This document shows, in pieces, positions 40,232 through 52,632 of a stretch of 64,000 bases of DNA. The translations under genes and the position numbers were made by a program. The DNA is taken from assembly GCA_000165425.1 (NCBI GenBank), contig CT868274.1, positions 310,001 to 374,000 of the forward strand, written 5' to 3'. The notes below the pieces were generated by a model. It saw only the letters and a program-made list of their open reading frames with translations, was not told the origin of the DNA and ran no database searches. Each line of letters starts with the position of its first letter. The stretch's first letter is position 1. This DNA comes from Paramecium tetraurelia (Eukaryota).

Positions 40232-42385
40232 TCATAATTATCTTATTTTCTCAATCAAATTTTCAGAACCATTATTATTTATACATTAAATTCTCTAAAT
40301 TCTATCCTTATTACTAATTTCTTCGAACTATAACCTTATTATCAATTCAAATATACATATCCACTTAAACTCTTACCATTTCCACTAACGTAAACCCCAC
40401 TGCCATTTATTATACCATTCCTAAATTCCCCTTCATAATAGCTCGAATCATTCCAAACCAATATGCCCTTTCCATTTATTTTATTCCTACTGATCTCTCC
40501 TTCATACCTAAAGTTATAGTTCATACTTACTTGCATCCATCCTTATAAAAAATAATCCCTTTTCCATTTTTCTATCCATCCTTAAACTACCCGTAATACT
40601 TTTATCCATCGCTTCGTATTTCTTATCCCTCTCCGTTTAGTACATTGTTCGTCCATAATCCTATTATGATTAAAAGTAATACCTTTTACAACTTTAACCT
40701 TGTTTTAGAACAATCCAAATCCATTAGCCTTCCCAAATTTGAAATTACATTAGAAACTAAACCCATCAATTAACTTTTTACATATCTTCGTTTGAATAAA
40801 TCATTCTACAAAATCCATTTAGCTCATTATTTACCCAAAATCTATTTTTTATAAATTATTAACTTTTTACCCATCTAGTATATTTCCTACATCAGACCAA
40901 ACCATAATCCCTGTTCCACTCTTCTAATCATTCATCAATTACCCAAAATAACAACTACCATCTTGGAAATTTCGAGTCTCATAATTTTCATCAATATCAT
41001 AAATAGGACCTATGTCCAGATACAATTATCTTATTTATTTTTATTACATTTTGTTTAGTGCTTCTTATAATCTTATATCATTTGAGCTTCTAATTGCGAA
41101 TTATTATGGATTTTCATCATTTGCTAAATAATGTTTATCAACTTATTAATTACTGTTTTTCGAGAAGATATTATTCAAGTTTTCAACATGAGTCAATTTT
41201 TGCTGATTTTACATTTGATTAGATTCAGCAATTTTGAAGAATTAAATATTGAAAAATTGATTCAATAAGAAAATATTGAAAATATAAGAATTTTCTGTTT
41301 TTATTAATTTAATATCGACAAGAAATGTCTCGCATTAATATTTGTCACTCTTTTTCCAAACTTATCAACCAATTTAAAGTTCTAAGAATGATGAATTAAT
41401 AATTTGATTAAATTAAACACTATCATTTCATTATCATTTCCAAATATTTGCAAACCAATTATTATTTTCCTTCAGGTCTTGTATAAATTTGTTCATAACA
41501 TTCATCTAGGTATTTATTTTGTCTATCTGCGCATTTATTTTGTCCATTTCACTCTTATTTTCATTTACAATCGTCCACAACACAGCTTCCTTAGCTAATT
41601 TATAACTTTAAGTGTTACTTTTAAATTTCTGATTATTTAATTCTACAAACTATTTCAATTAATTGTATTTGATTTCAAATACTTCATTACATTTATTTTC
41701 TAAAACTAACGAATAGGAAGAACTCACTACCTGATATTAGTTATTGATGCACTTTATTTATGACCTACTTTACATTACCATCGAGTTAATTTTTTTTAAA
41801 ATTCTCTTTGACTTCCTTCCTATTTTATCAATTATAATGATTACTATTAATCCGACAGCATGTTGATCAATAATTCATGATTTTAAATTTTCTTATTTAG
41901 TTCCTATTTCACTGCTTTAATTTTTTCTTTAACACTTTTTATCGAATCTTCGAATAAAAATTAATCGTTGATATCATTAAATGAACTATTCTTTGATAAT
42001 ACAGGTGTATATTTCATTGCGCTTTCTTGACTTCCGAATATGGATGACTTTGACTTCAATTAATAAAGTTCATTCGATATATGCAGAAGTTAGTTTTGAA
42101 ACTACAAATATACAACTAAAATTCACATCAAAAAAATATTTCTGTATCAGATTGTCAACTATTAATTCAATTTGTTTTAACAAATTATCCAAGAGAGAAG
42201 ACTTTTATAATTCTTTCAGAGCAATTTCTTAAGTAATCTCGCGATAATCTTCATTCTTTTAAAGCAACTAATTTTATCGACTAACTGGTTTTACTCTCTT
42301 CATGTACTAATTTCCTAATAATCATATTTACGTTTTCTACTATTTTTTCTACATTATTCTGTAGTTCTTATTCATTTATACTCAT
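40232..42385 (-). CDS. Coiled-coil plus MORN-repeat protein
   Basis: C-terminal MORN repeats (YYGQFKDGQKMEKG, YEGEISRNKINGKGILVWNDSSYYEGEFRNGIINGSG) and an N-terminal coiled coil; the 5' exon structure is inferred. Confidence 0.72.
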
Positions 42386-42467
42386 TATAATAATAATAAA
42401 TATAAAAAAATATATTAAGTTATTATATAAACTTAATTTATAAAAATTTCATAATTTTATCAGTTGG

Positions 42468-43712
42468 ATGGCTCGCTATGCTAAAAAACCCATTAATAAG
42501 TATACTCAACCAACAGATGCCAACAGAAGAGTACAAACAGAGGCAGCTGATGTAGATGATATCGATCTTCAACAAGCAATATTAAAATTCAAAAATCTAC
42601 AAGAGAAACAAAAAACTCCATTGAAAAATCAAAGAACCAAAAGCAAATCCCCAGCTCCACAATAAGGCAATTAACCAATGGATTATTCCCAATTTACATT
42701 TACTAGCCTAAAAGTAATTGGACAAGGATCCTTCGGTATAGTTTACAAGGCAAAAGTGAATGAAACAGGTGAAATAGTGGCAGTAAAGAAAGTAATACAG
42801 GATAAGAGATATAAAAACAGGGAAATTCAAATTCTATAAGAATTGGATCATTCAAATATTGTTGAAACTAAACATGCATATTTTACTTATGGAGACTCTC
42901 CAGATGAGCAATACTTGAATGTAATTATGGACTATTAGCCTGAAACCCTTCATTCATTTAATGCATAATTCTTGAAATAACAATAGTTGTTACCTGAAAT
43001 ACAGGCTAAGTTATATTCATATTAGTTGTTACGTGGTATGGCCTTTGTACACACAAAAGGAATTTGTCATCGAGATATTAAACCACATAATGTTTTGATA
43101 AATCCGGATACGAATGTTCTGAAGATCTGCGATTTTGGAAGTGCTAAAAAGTTATCTCCTTTAGAGCCTAATATTGCATACATTTGTTCAAGATGTTACA
43201 GAGCTCCTGAGTTATTGTTTGGTGCTACAAACTACACTACTTAGGTTGACATGTGGTCAGTTGGTTGTATAATTGGCGAAATGTTTAATGGGCTGCCATT
43301 GTTTTTAGGAGCATCAGCAGTAGATTAATTAGTTGAAATAATCAAAATACTGGGATCTCCAAGTAAGGAAGAGGTGTTATCGATGAATGAATTATATGAT
43401 ATCAAACAATACAAAATAGTTTAAATAAGAAAAAAGGATTGGAGGAAAGTATTTCAAACAGTAGTTGATCCTTAAGCTATTGATTTAATTAGTAAGATAC
43501 TCACTTACTGTCCAAGAACTAGATTGACAGCACTCCAAGCACTTACGCATTAGTATTTTGATGATTTAAGGGATGAAACAACTTTTAGGATGTACCAATC
43601 CAAAATATAAATCCCTGACTTATTTGATTTCACAAAGGAGGAACTTTCAAATAATCAATCTCTGGCCAATAAATTAATTCCTAAATGGTATTAAAAAAGA
43701 AATAAATGTTGA
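42468..43712 (+). CDS. GSK3: GSK3/shaggy-like kinase (intronless)
   Basis: [50 protein letters not shown] and [20 protein letters not shown]; 1245 nt contiguous frame. Confidence 0.95.
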
Positions 43713-43799
43713 TTAATTTTTACAATTATATTGATTGAAAACCTCATGAATAACTTATATTAATAAATAGAGACAACAATCTTTTTAATTTAATTAATA

Positions 43800-45576
43800 T
43801 CAAATTTGAGAAATATTTTTCATTCTTGGAAGTTGTATTTCTGATATCCCTCTTCTTTCTCTAGTTCTTTTAACGACGATTCCAACTGTTGACAAAATAT
43901 CTCTATGATATATTAAGATAGTTTTACTTTACTTTAGCTTTACTGCCTTTAAGTTTTGTTGTATTGCTCTGAGTAGATGGGACTTCTTTACCCCAAGCTG
44001 TATTTTTATAGAGCGAAATATTGTATTGATCAGTAGGAGATTTCATCATTTGTAAATCTTTTGTAGTATTATTATTTGATTTAGTGATTGGGATTGGAAG
44101 TTATTCTTTATTTTCGAAAATAACTTAGGCCACCTACTCATACATTTGCATCGAGTTTATCCTATTGAATAGTTCAATAAACTTTTATTTACTTAATATT
44201 TCCATCACTTGTAATACTTGGTTGACTTAACCTACGAATTCTATTCAGAATTTATTTTTTATCTTAGTCATTGGAAAATTCTTTAATTTAAGCTTCTTCT
44301 GCTTTAACTAATTATGCCGATGATTAATTATGAGATGCATTGATTTATTAAGTCAAAGACAAGTATTCATTCCTGACCATCCTTAAAGTAGGATCACTCA
44401 TTTTATCAAGATTAATGGGATGATCTCTTGGGCCTTCTCTAACTCTACCTTCTTATATAATGAGAACTCCAGATTATAGATGCATATTTTCATTGACAAG
44501 AGGTGCAATAGACTAAAATTTTATTTGTTCCTTTGTATCCTTTTCCTTCTCATCATCTTATTTCTTTTTGATTTGAGAGCTTTGACTCTAATAAAAGGTT
44601 TTCCTCCTATTGAACATGTTAACCTTGGTTTGGCCATCTTCAAACTTGGATCTCTTAATTGTTAATTTAAATACCCTAGTGTTGCAGCAGTAGGTGGAAA
44701 TTTATGACCTTTCAAAGTGGTGACAGAAATCAATTTTCCATCGTAATCATAAGTGTATGATTTAGATTTTTTATCTTTAGATATAAGTTCATATTTCAAT
44801 TATTACTCCTCTAGTTCTTTTTGTTTCCTTCTTCTTTCTTGTTCTTTGAGATCTTACATAATCTTATAATCTCTCTCCTTCTATGCTCTCAATAATTCTT
44901 CAGTTAAACTGATATCCAAGGGATCATTGAGATCAACAATCCCTGGTAATTTTTCTTTTACATTTTTTTAATTATTCATTTAAGCTTAATCCTAAAGTTT
45001 AAAATAAGTTTCAATACTTAGATTAAGACTCTTGATCTTTTAAAGGTTTAAGCTGTTAGGGATTATCGATTAGAATTTGTGCTTTATTATTCTACTTCCA
45101 TTATCTTGGCAGGTATTGATAAAACTTTTTGAACCAACCATTATTCTTGTTGGAATCTAACCTATCAAATTGAAATATTAAATTACAGGTTCTTCATCTT
45201 CTTCTAATCCTCCTGTCAAATAATCAAATGAAGGATCTTCATGTTGTCTAAAGTATTATTGAATTGGATGTAACATTCTATCGATGGAAGATTAATAACC
45301 AATGACTGGCAGCATTTTGATTTGTTCATTCTCAGTGATTTTTTTGGAGACTTTGGCAATTAGTCTTTTAATAAAATCTCTAATGAATAGCTCTCCTTCC
45401 ACTTAATTTGATTATGATTGAATTGGATCTGAGACCTAGTAAAATGAATGAAAATTGAGTTTATCCATGTCAACTTCAACCAATTCACTATCGGACTGTG
45501 TATTCAATTTCTCTGTTGGATATGAACGAATGGATGATAATTCTCCATATGAACTTCTTTATAATTAAGTTTTCAT
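43800..45576 (-). CDS. Hypothetical protein (possibly C2orf81/DUF4639-like N-terminus)
   Basis: Open frame under TAR=Gln with a tiny intron after LEEDEEP; TGA at 43800-43802. The family assignment is tentative. Confidence 0.65.
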
Positions 45577-45729
45577 ATAAATATTTTAACAGATTAATTG
45601 ATTGAATACGTTTTTAGTTTGAGATGTAAGTGTAAATTTATGTATGTTTTGAATGATGAGTGTGCATAAATGTATGTTAATTAAATAATAATTAGTGATA
45701 TTTGCAATTTTAAAACGAGGAATTTTGAT

Positions 45730-45750
45730 TCCGTTTTTGGCATTAATAAA
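45730..45750 (+). promoter_or_regulatory. Candidate TMP upstream element TCCGTTTTT...CATTAATAAA
   Basis: The same two-part motif occurs upstream of the TMP gene at 49483, and a variant occurs upstream of the T1 gene. Confidence 0.5.
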
Positions 45751-45756
45751 TTAATT

Positions 45757-46894
45757 ATGAGAACTCTTGTTGCCCTTTGCTTAGTGGCTGCCGTCTTTGC
45801 TATTGACACAAACAAATTTGCTGTGCTCCTCCAAACTGGTACTAGAGGAAATGATGCTGTTGAATCAGTTTACAACCTCTTGAGAGATTTGAAGACAGAA
45901 AATGTTAATGTCTAAGCTGCTGCCGACAAAAAGAATAACACTGATGAAGGTATGATACAAATTAAACAATAGAAATCTTTTCTTAGGTCATTGGTGACTT
46001 GACAAATGTTGCCTCCCTCAACAAATAACAATGGGAAAGATTAGGTGCCGTTCGTACTGATGTTGAAGCCCAAGTCAGAGTATGCTATTTCCCCTTAAAA
46101 TTTAGGATGGATATTCATGGTTGGCATGGGCCGAAGCAAGACTTGCTGAAATCGAAAGAAGAAATGCTTAACTTTAAGACTAAAGATGTTGGGCCAATGG
46201 ACTCTTTTGTCAAATCATTGGCTGATCACGCTGATGCAATTGCAGTCGTCTAACTCTTATCACAAGAACGTCGCTGGATGGCTCACAAACAATGCTGGAG
46301 TTGAATTAGTTCAAAAGGCTGAAACCATCGCCGACAAATTGTCAGCATACAGTCACCTCTTCTAATAAGATGCCATGCAAAAATTCTAATCCCTTGCTGA
46401 AGTCAAAAGAGATGGCACAACTGGGAGAACAAGTCCTTTCCCATCTTAGCAGACTTATAAGCCGAATTAGAAGCAACCCTTGCTACACTCTAAGAATAAG
46501 AAATCCATGCTGCTTTCGCTCTTGCCAAATACGTTTCAGATACCAATGCCGAAGTTGCTTGGTTGAACTCAGAACACGAAAGAAGAACAAACCTTGTTGA
46601 AAAATTAGAAACTGTATGCATTCATCAAATAATTCGATTAGCAACTCCCAGCAGTTCTTGCTTAATAAGCCAAAGCACTCAAATTATGGAAAGACTCCTT
46701 GAATGCAGTTGCTGGTGCCACCGCCGATTTAGAAGAAAAAAGAGAATTCTATGCTTCAGAAACAGTAAGAAGATAAGGTATCTATCCTCATCTAATCTAT
46801 TCTAGAGGAAAACGCCATCATCGATGTTGTCATCTAATTATTCAAGGATCAAGTTAGAGCCTTAGCCTCATCAACATCCCTTGGTAGAAAATGA
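45757..46894 (+). CDS. Trichocyst matrix protein / granule-lattice-type precursor; three apparent +1 frameshifts (pseudogene or assembly error)
   Basis: Signal peptide MRTLVALCLVAAVFA; DAVESVYNLLRDLK; QRCWANGLF; acidic coiled coil with a strongly biased codon usage typical of highly expressed genes. Extra bases near 46205-46208, 46267-46268 and 46440-46442. Confidence 0.82.
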
Positions 46895-47236
46895 TTAGAT
46901 TATAAAATATTCAATTTAAAAATATCCACCAAGTTAAAACTACATCATCATTAATTCTCTTTCCAATCTAGGATAATAACAATAGATTTTGAAGTCTAAA
47001 TCAAACATCATTCTTATTTAAAAGACTATTTTGATTTAACCCCAAACACACTATTAATTAATGGGATGCAATTTAAAAAAGATGTTTATAAAAAATAATA
47101 AAATTAAATATAACGTCAAGAATAAATGAGTATGTTATAATTTTTAAATAGAGAACAGTTAAGAATTATTAGTGCACTATTTAATATATATTTATAGGTT
47201 CTTTATTAAAAATTTATTAAGCAATAAATAAAAATT

Positions 47237-47930
47237 ATGTTAAATTCAAGTATCTACAGTAATCAAAGCAATTCAGTCGTAAAGATAAAAGGCAATTAAA
47301 CCAATTTACTTTCAACTGCAATAAGTAAATTAGGAGATTCAAGTTTCAAATCAAGAAACTATGAATCTAAAAACATATCTCCAGTGAGATTAAGATTGTT
47401 TAGAGACTCTCCAAAAACTTACAAAGGACTAGAAGGTTGCGTTGTAGGATAATATCAGTAAGAGTATATATCTATTGAAGTCCTCTTGCCCCAACTCATG
47501 TTGTATTTTCTAATGATAAAACTCCATCTCCTTATAGATCATCGAAAACATTTAGAGACTCTCCCGAAGGAGCCAAGACCAAGTTGAATCAATTCAAAGA
47601 TTGGAACTCTAAATTGGACATTCAATTACAAATATAAAATAATCAGATTGCAAAATTGAACAATCAACTCTTCCAATAAAGTCACTAACCTTATCAACAT
47701 AAGAGTTCAAAATAAAACTTATTTTCTGCAAGTAGTCCATCCAACTTCTAAAAGTTTGGTAAACAAAGTGATATTTCTTCACTTTCCTCAAGATTGAATC
47801 AGGTTCCAATTTCATAGATTACCACCTATCAAATAGGGTATTAGTAGCATGATTATATTATAGACATCAAAGCGAATTGAATGCATTATAGTAATCCTTG
47901 GACAGAATAATGAAAACAAGTAGAATATGA
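47237..47930 (+). CDS. Hypothetical Ser/Pro-rich protein
   Basis: Frame open with two tiny introns; repeated FRDSP motif; TGA at 47928-47930. Confidence 0.6.
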
Positions 47931-47995
47931 TGATTAGTAAGAGTATAAATAATTAAATCAAATTATTATTATTTTTATATATATTTATTAATTAA

Positions 47996-48353
47996 ATGCA
48001 AATCATAAAAATTGCCATTCAGAAAGATGTGTACATTTGTTCCAGACCCTTGAATCGATTCGAAGATTTGAGACAAGAATACCAATCTTTGTGTTTTCAA
48101 CATTAAAATAGGGATGATTAAACATTCTAGTAATATATGGGTGAATAGGATTAGCTTTGTTGATGAGGAAGGCGATAAAGTAGTGATTACAAATGATTAT
48201 GATCTGGAGGATTTCAAGAAATAACACCCGAAGTTCTTGAAGATCCAAGTTGAGTTTAGAGATAGAAACAGTTTGATTGAAAGAGTGTATAATAGAGAAA
48301 TAACCAAAGATGCGATGAAACAAAAGATTATGCAGCTTTTACAATAATATTGA
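47996..48353 (+). CDS. Small PB1-domain protein
   Basis: After a 19-nt intron (48130-48148) it reads FQISFVDEEGDKVVITNDYDLEDF, the acidic OPCA motif of PB1 domains; N-terminal IIKI lysine. Confidence 0.7.
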
Positions 48354-48383
48354 CAGGTGTTGATGTTCTTTATGTTTTATAAA

Positions 48384-48875
48384 TCATTTTCTGGCAGCCA
48401 AAGCAACTTAAGTGGCAATTCTGTTTAAGTCTTATTATCCTTCTTTGGTAACAATTCTTGATCCCTTCTTTAAGAGAGACTTGTTGTCCTTCTTCAAGAC
48501 TTTGATTGTCTCTAATTATTAGAGTAAATATCTAATGACCTTTCCTGATCCGGATTCATGTTTGCCATTATCATTGACTGATCCAAACATATGAGTCAAA
48601 TTTCCAACACCCTTAAATGTAACATAAATTGAATACCCAATGACCTCTCACATATATTTTACGAGCAAGTGCTGCAGCTCTAACGTACATCCAATCTTAA
48701 TCAATTGGTGAAATTTCTTTTCCAAGTCCAGTTTTGACAATGGATCCCCATTCTGGGATTTTTATTTTATTGTTTTTCTTCAAATACTCAGCATATGCAT
48801 GAATGAAATCTTAGGCAGGTACGTCCTTGATTTAATGAGTGATATTACTTTGACTGTGTAGAATGGAGCTGACAT
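48384..48875 (-). CDS. RPS19: 40S ribosomal protein S19 (eS19)
   Basis: TVKDVPAQDFIHAYAEYL, IPEWGSIVKTG, DWMYVRAAALARKIY and GQQDLNRIA. Confidence 0.96.
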
Positions 48876-49455
48876 GCAATAAAAAATTAAAAAAATATTT
48901 TTGAATATTTACAAAGATATTATTTATTATTAATGGTTCTTCATTGTCACATAATTTACATTGAATTCGGGAGTATGATTTTTAGGTCAATTGATAAACA
49001 TATTGTTCTGAAATCATAAATAGCAAATGAATTCATTGCTGTGAACATTAGAGTGAATAGCTTTGTTTTTCAATTGAATTAAATGTAATAGAAATTGAAG
49101 TGTCTTACTATTTGATTTAATTTCGATTTTATTAATTAATGAATTGCAATACTTAAAAATGGATTAAAATTGATAAAAATTATTATTGAGTTAGAAAATG
49201 TAAGATTGAAGGGTTAATGAGAGAGTGTGTGTAGAATTGAATGAGAAAATTGGAGTTTTGATGAGGTGGAGTATGGCAAATAAAATAGTGAATATATAAT
49301 AGTAAGATAAGAAAGGAAGGAAGTAAAATTGGATTGAAAGGAAATGTGATTATTTAATAAATATTGGGTGAATGAGGAATGATGTGTGATCGATATTTAT
49401 ATATTTAGATCGTAATTAATAATAATTAATATGTACATTATAAGCATTTGATCGA

Positions 49456-49478
49456 TCCGTTTTTAAAACATTAATAAA
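49456..49478 (+). promoter_or_regulatory. Candidate TMP upstream element TCCGTTTTT...CATTAATAAA
   Basis: Identical two-part motif to 45730-45750, ending a few nt before the ATG. Confidence 0.5.
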
Positions 49479-49482
49479 ATAT

Positions 49483-50678
49483 ATGCAAAAACTAGCCATC
49501 TTGACATTGATTGTTGCTCTTGCAGCTTCCAAATTCGTTGATACACACACAACCTTGGCTCAAATTGATGCTAATCCATTTGGAAATGTTGTGTTGTCAG
49601 CAATCAAGGCTCACTTGTAAGCTCAAACACCAGCCAACGAAGCTTAATATAGTTATTGAACGGTGTCGCTGCTGGATTATAATAAGATCAAAATGACCAG
49701 CGACCACACTTTTGAACTTGACACAACAACCAACAACAGAGTAAGAATATTTATTAAGAATATCGTTAGATTGTGGAAGATTTGGAAAAGGAAATCTTGT
49801 ATCACTAAAATCAAATCTCATCCAACACTTAATTGAGAGATGACACAATTGAAGCTTTGGCTGTTTCTGAAGAAGACATCAGAGTCACAATTCAAGACAT
49901 CGCAACAAATGAATAAACATATGCCAGAGAAGAAGCCACAAGAAACTAATAACACGAAACCTTTGTTGCTAAGGTCGCCGCTATTGATGACGTTATTGAT
50001 GCCATTGATGAAGCTGCCAAATTAATTCAACACTTGAGTTTAGGTGCTTCATTCGTCTAAGTCAAATCAAAATTACGAAACAATTCACAAGAGACTCACA
50101 GACAACACCTCCCACTCCCAACTCTTACAAGTATTTAGCTTCTCTTATATCTTTCCTTTAGCCAGTCGTTGCTGCTCTTACAGAATTAGCCACTCACGGA
50201 GTCAACTAAAAGGCTTTAACCAAGATTGCTTAACTCTTGAGCGAAATCAGATAATAATTGGTCTCAGAAAAGGCTGCTAAAACTGTATTCATTCAATCCA
50301 ATAATTAAGGACGTTGAAGATAGATAAGCTGCTCACTGGGCTGAATTCAGCGTTCATTTGAGTAACGAACACACCAGATTAGTCGAAAGAAAGGCCTAAT
50401 TGGAAGTCTAAATCTAAGAATAAAAGGACACCATTTGAAGATGCTCAATCATGGATCGAATTCCACACCTTAGAAATTAGAAAACAGTGAAGAAAGACTT
50501 GCTGGATAATAAGCATGGTATGCAGTCTAATCAGAAATCTATGAAACTCAAACTGCTGGAAGAGGTATCATAGAAACTATAATCTAGAGCTGCATAAAAC
50601 GAAATCGTTGACAGACTCTAAGAACACATCAGCGAGAAATTATCAACCACCGCTCAATTCATCAGCAAGAGAAATTGA
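49483..50678 (+). CDS. Trichocyst matrix protein precursor, T4-related; multiple apparent +1 frameshifts
   Basis: MQKLAILTLIVALAAS signal peptide; LAQIDANPFGNVVLSAIKAHL, DLEKEILYHQNQI, IDAIDEAAKLIQHL, EHTRLVERKA and IVDRLQEHISEKLS resemble T4 TMPs. At least 7 frame disruptions. Confidence 0.85.
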
Positions 50679-50781
50679 TTCATTAACATATACAATTATT
50701 GACAATTGTTCTACATTTAACAGTATTTCAATCTTCACTCTCTCTTTTTATTTCACTCCCCATCATTTTTAAATAATTTAT

Positions 50782-51643
50782 ATGAAATTTTTAGCTCTCA
50801 TCTCAGGAGGCAAAGATTCTGTTTATAATATCATTAGATGCGTCCAAGAAGGTCACGAACTTGTCCTATTAGTAAATCTATATCCCAAATGTATTTCTAC
50901 TATTTAATCCAATTAGAAATCGGAATTGAATCCGATAGCTTCATGTATCAGAGTGTTGGCACTAATGCAATCCAAGCTATTGCTTAAGCCATGGACAAAC
51001 CATTAATGACTAGAGAAATATCAGGAACACCTAAAATTACTAATTTAGATTATCAAAGCAAAGAAGAAGAAAGAATAGGAGATGAAGTGGAAGATCTCTA
51101 TCTCGTTTTAAAAGAAGCCCTCACCTAATACCCTGATATCAAGGGAGTCAGTTCTGGAGCCATTGCTTCCACCTATCAGAAATTAAGAGTTGAAGATTGG
51201 TAAATTCATCTATTATTGTTAGTTGTAATCGTTTAGGCTTAGCATCTCTTGCTTACTTATGGAATCAGGATTAGTTCTCTTTGTTGGATTAAATGCTACA
51301 CAATAATATGAACATCATTCTTATTAAAATTGCAGCCATGGGTTTGACTCAAAAGCATTTAGGCAAAACTATTCAAGAATTATATGATTATTTCAAAGAA
51401 ATAGTAAGATAATACAAATATTAATTTTAGAATAAAAAATTTGGTTTCCATCCTTGTGGAGAAGGTGGAGAATTCGAAAGTTTTGTACTCGATTGTCCAC
51501 TTTATAAAAAAAGAATACAAATGTAAATAATTCCTTTTATGTATCTTAGCAATGAAACTGAAGTTATATGCCATGAAGAAAACTCCTTTGCTCCAGTCTA
51601 TTATCTTTTAATCAAAAAGTATGAATTGATTGAAAAAAATTGA
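50782..51643 (+). CDS. DPH6: Diphthine--ammonia ligase (diphthamide synthase)
   Basis: MKFLALISGGKDS, DSFMYQSVG, GDEVEDL, VSSGAIASTYQKLRVE, LAYLWNQDQ and HPCGEGGEFESFVLDCPLY. Confidence 0.93.
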
Positions 51644-52632
51644 GTCTTGATGAATTTGTATTTAATTATTCATTATTATACCTATGAATTATACATTAGC
51701 TTAAGATTCAAAAATCATGGTTATTTGAGATTATTTGTTTATATCATATAATTTCTATTGAGATTTACTTTTTTAATAAGAATTGAAATGTATTGGTATA
51801 ACTAAGCTAATATTATTATCTTTTTATTTTTGAGTTTTTTTATTTCAGACTTTCCTGAATTGAAGAGATCCTTAACTAAAAGCCTATAATTATTTAAAAA
51901 GATCGAGTTGTAACTAATGAAAATATCAAATTTAAACTATAAAGAAATATTAATCCAAATAAAAATAATTACAAAATATTTATTAAATTAATAACTTTTT
52001 TAGTCTAATAGATGAATTTTGGTTACATATTCAAAAATTATATCCAATTATCATATTCATTATAGAATGATAATTATTTGGATAATAGAGGTATTTCAAA
52101 ATTGATTTTCAATATATTACATTATAAACTATAGTTTAAATTATTATTTAGTCGAAATCTGCAATTCAGTAATATTTCTTAAACTGAGTGAAGGATTCTA
52201 AATCAAAATACTTACTTTTAGATTCTTTTGAAAACTAAAATTTTTAATTAAAGTTTGACATTAATGAAATTTGCAAGAGAATTCTTATGAAAGTTAAAAT
52301 TGAAAGTCATAGAGACAGATGAGTAACGCATATATGGAGAAGAAGATGCGAATAATAGTCATTAATATTTATGCAGATGAATCTAAATAGATGAGGTAAA
52401 ATTCAAGCTTGGTTCTCCTTTGCTATGAAAATAATTCGATAAAAACTTAGTCTATAAATTAAATTAATTTATAAGAAAATACTTTAGATAATGCGCAATT
52501 GAATATGAGCACTTTAATTAATTAATACTAAGAATAATAAATAATTGATGAAAAGTCATGGTTCATCAAGTATATAAAGTTTTATATTAACTGTGAACCT
52601 ATGTATTATTAAATATATCTTTTTAACATTTG

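Noticed and set aside
45757..50678. Euplotes-style programmed +1 frameshifting as the explanation for the TMP frameshifts
   Set aside because: The sites lack a common AAA-stop context and differ in sequence; assembly error or pseudogenisation is simpler.
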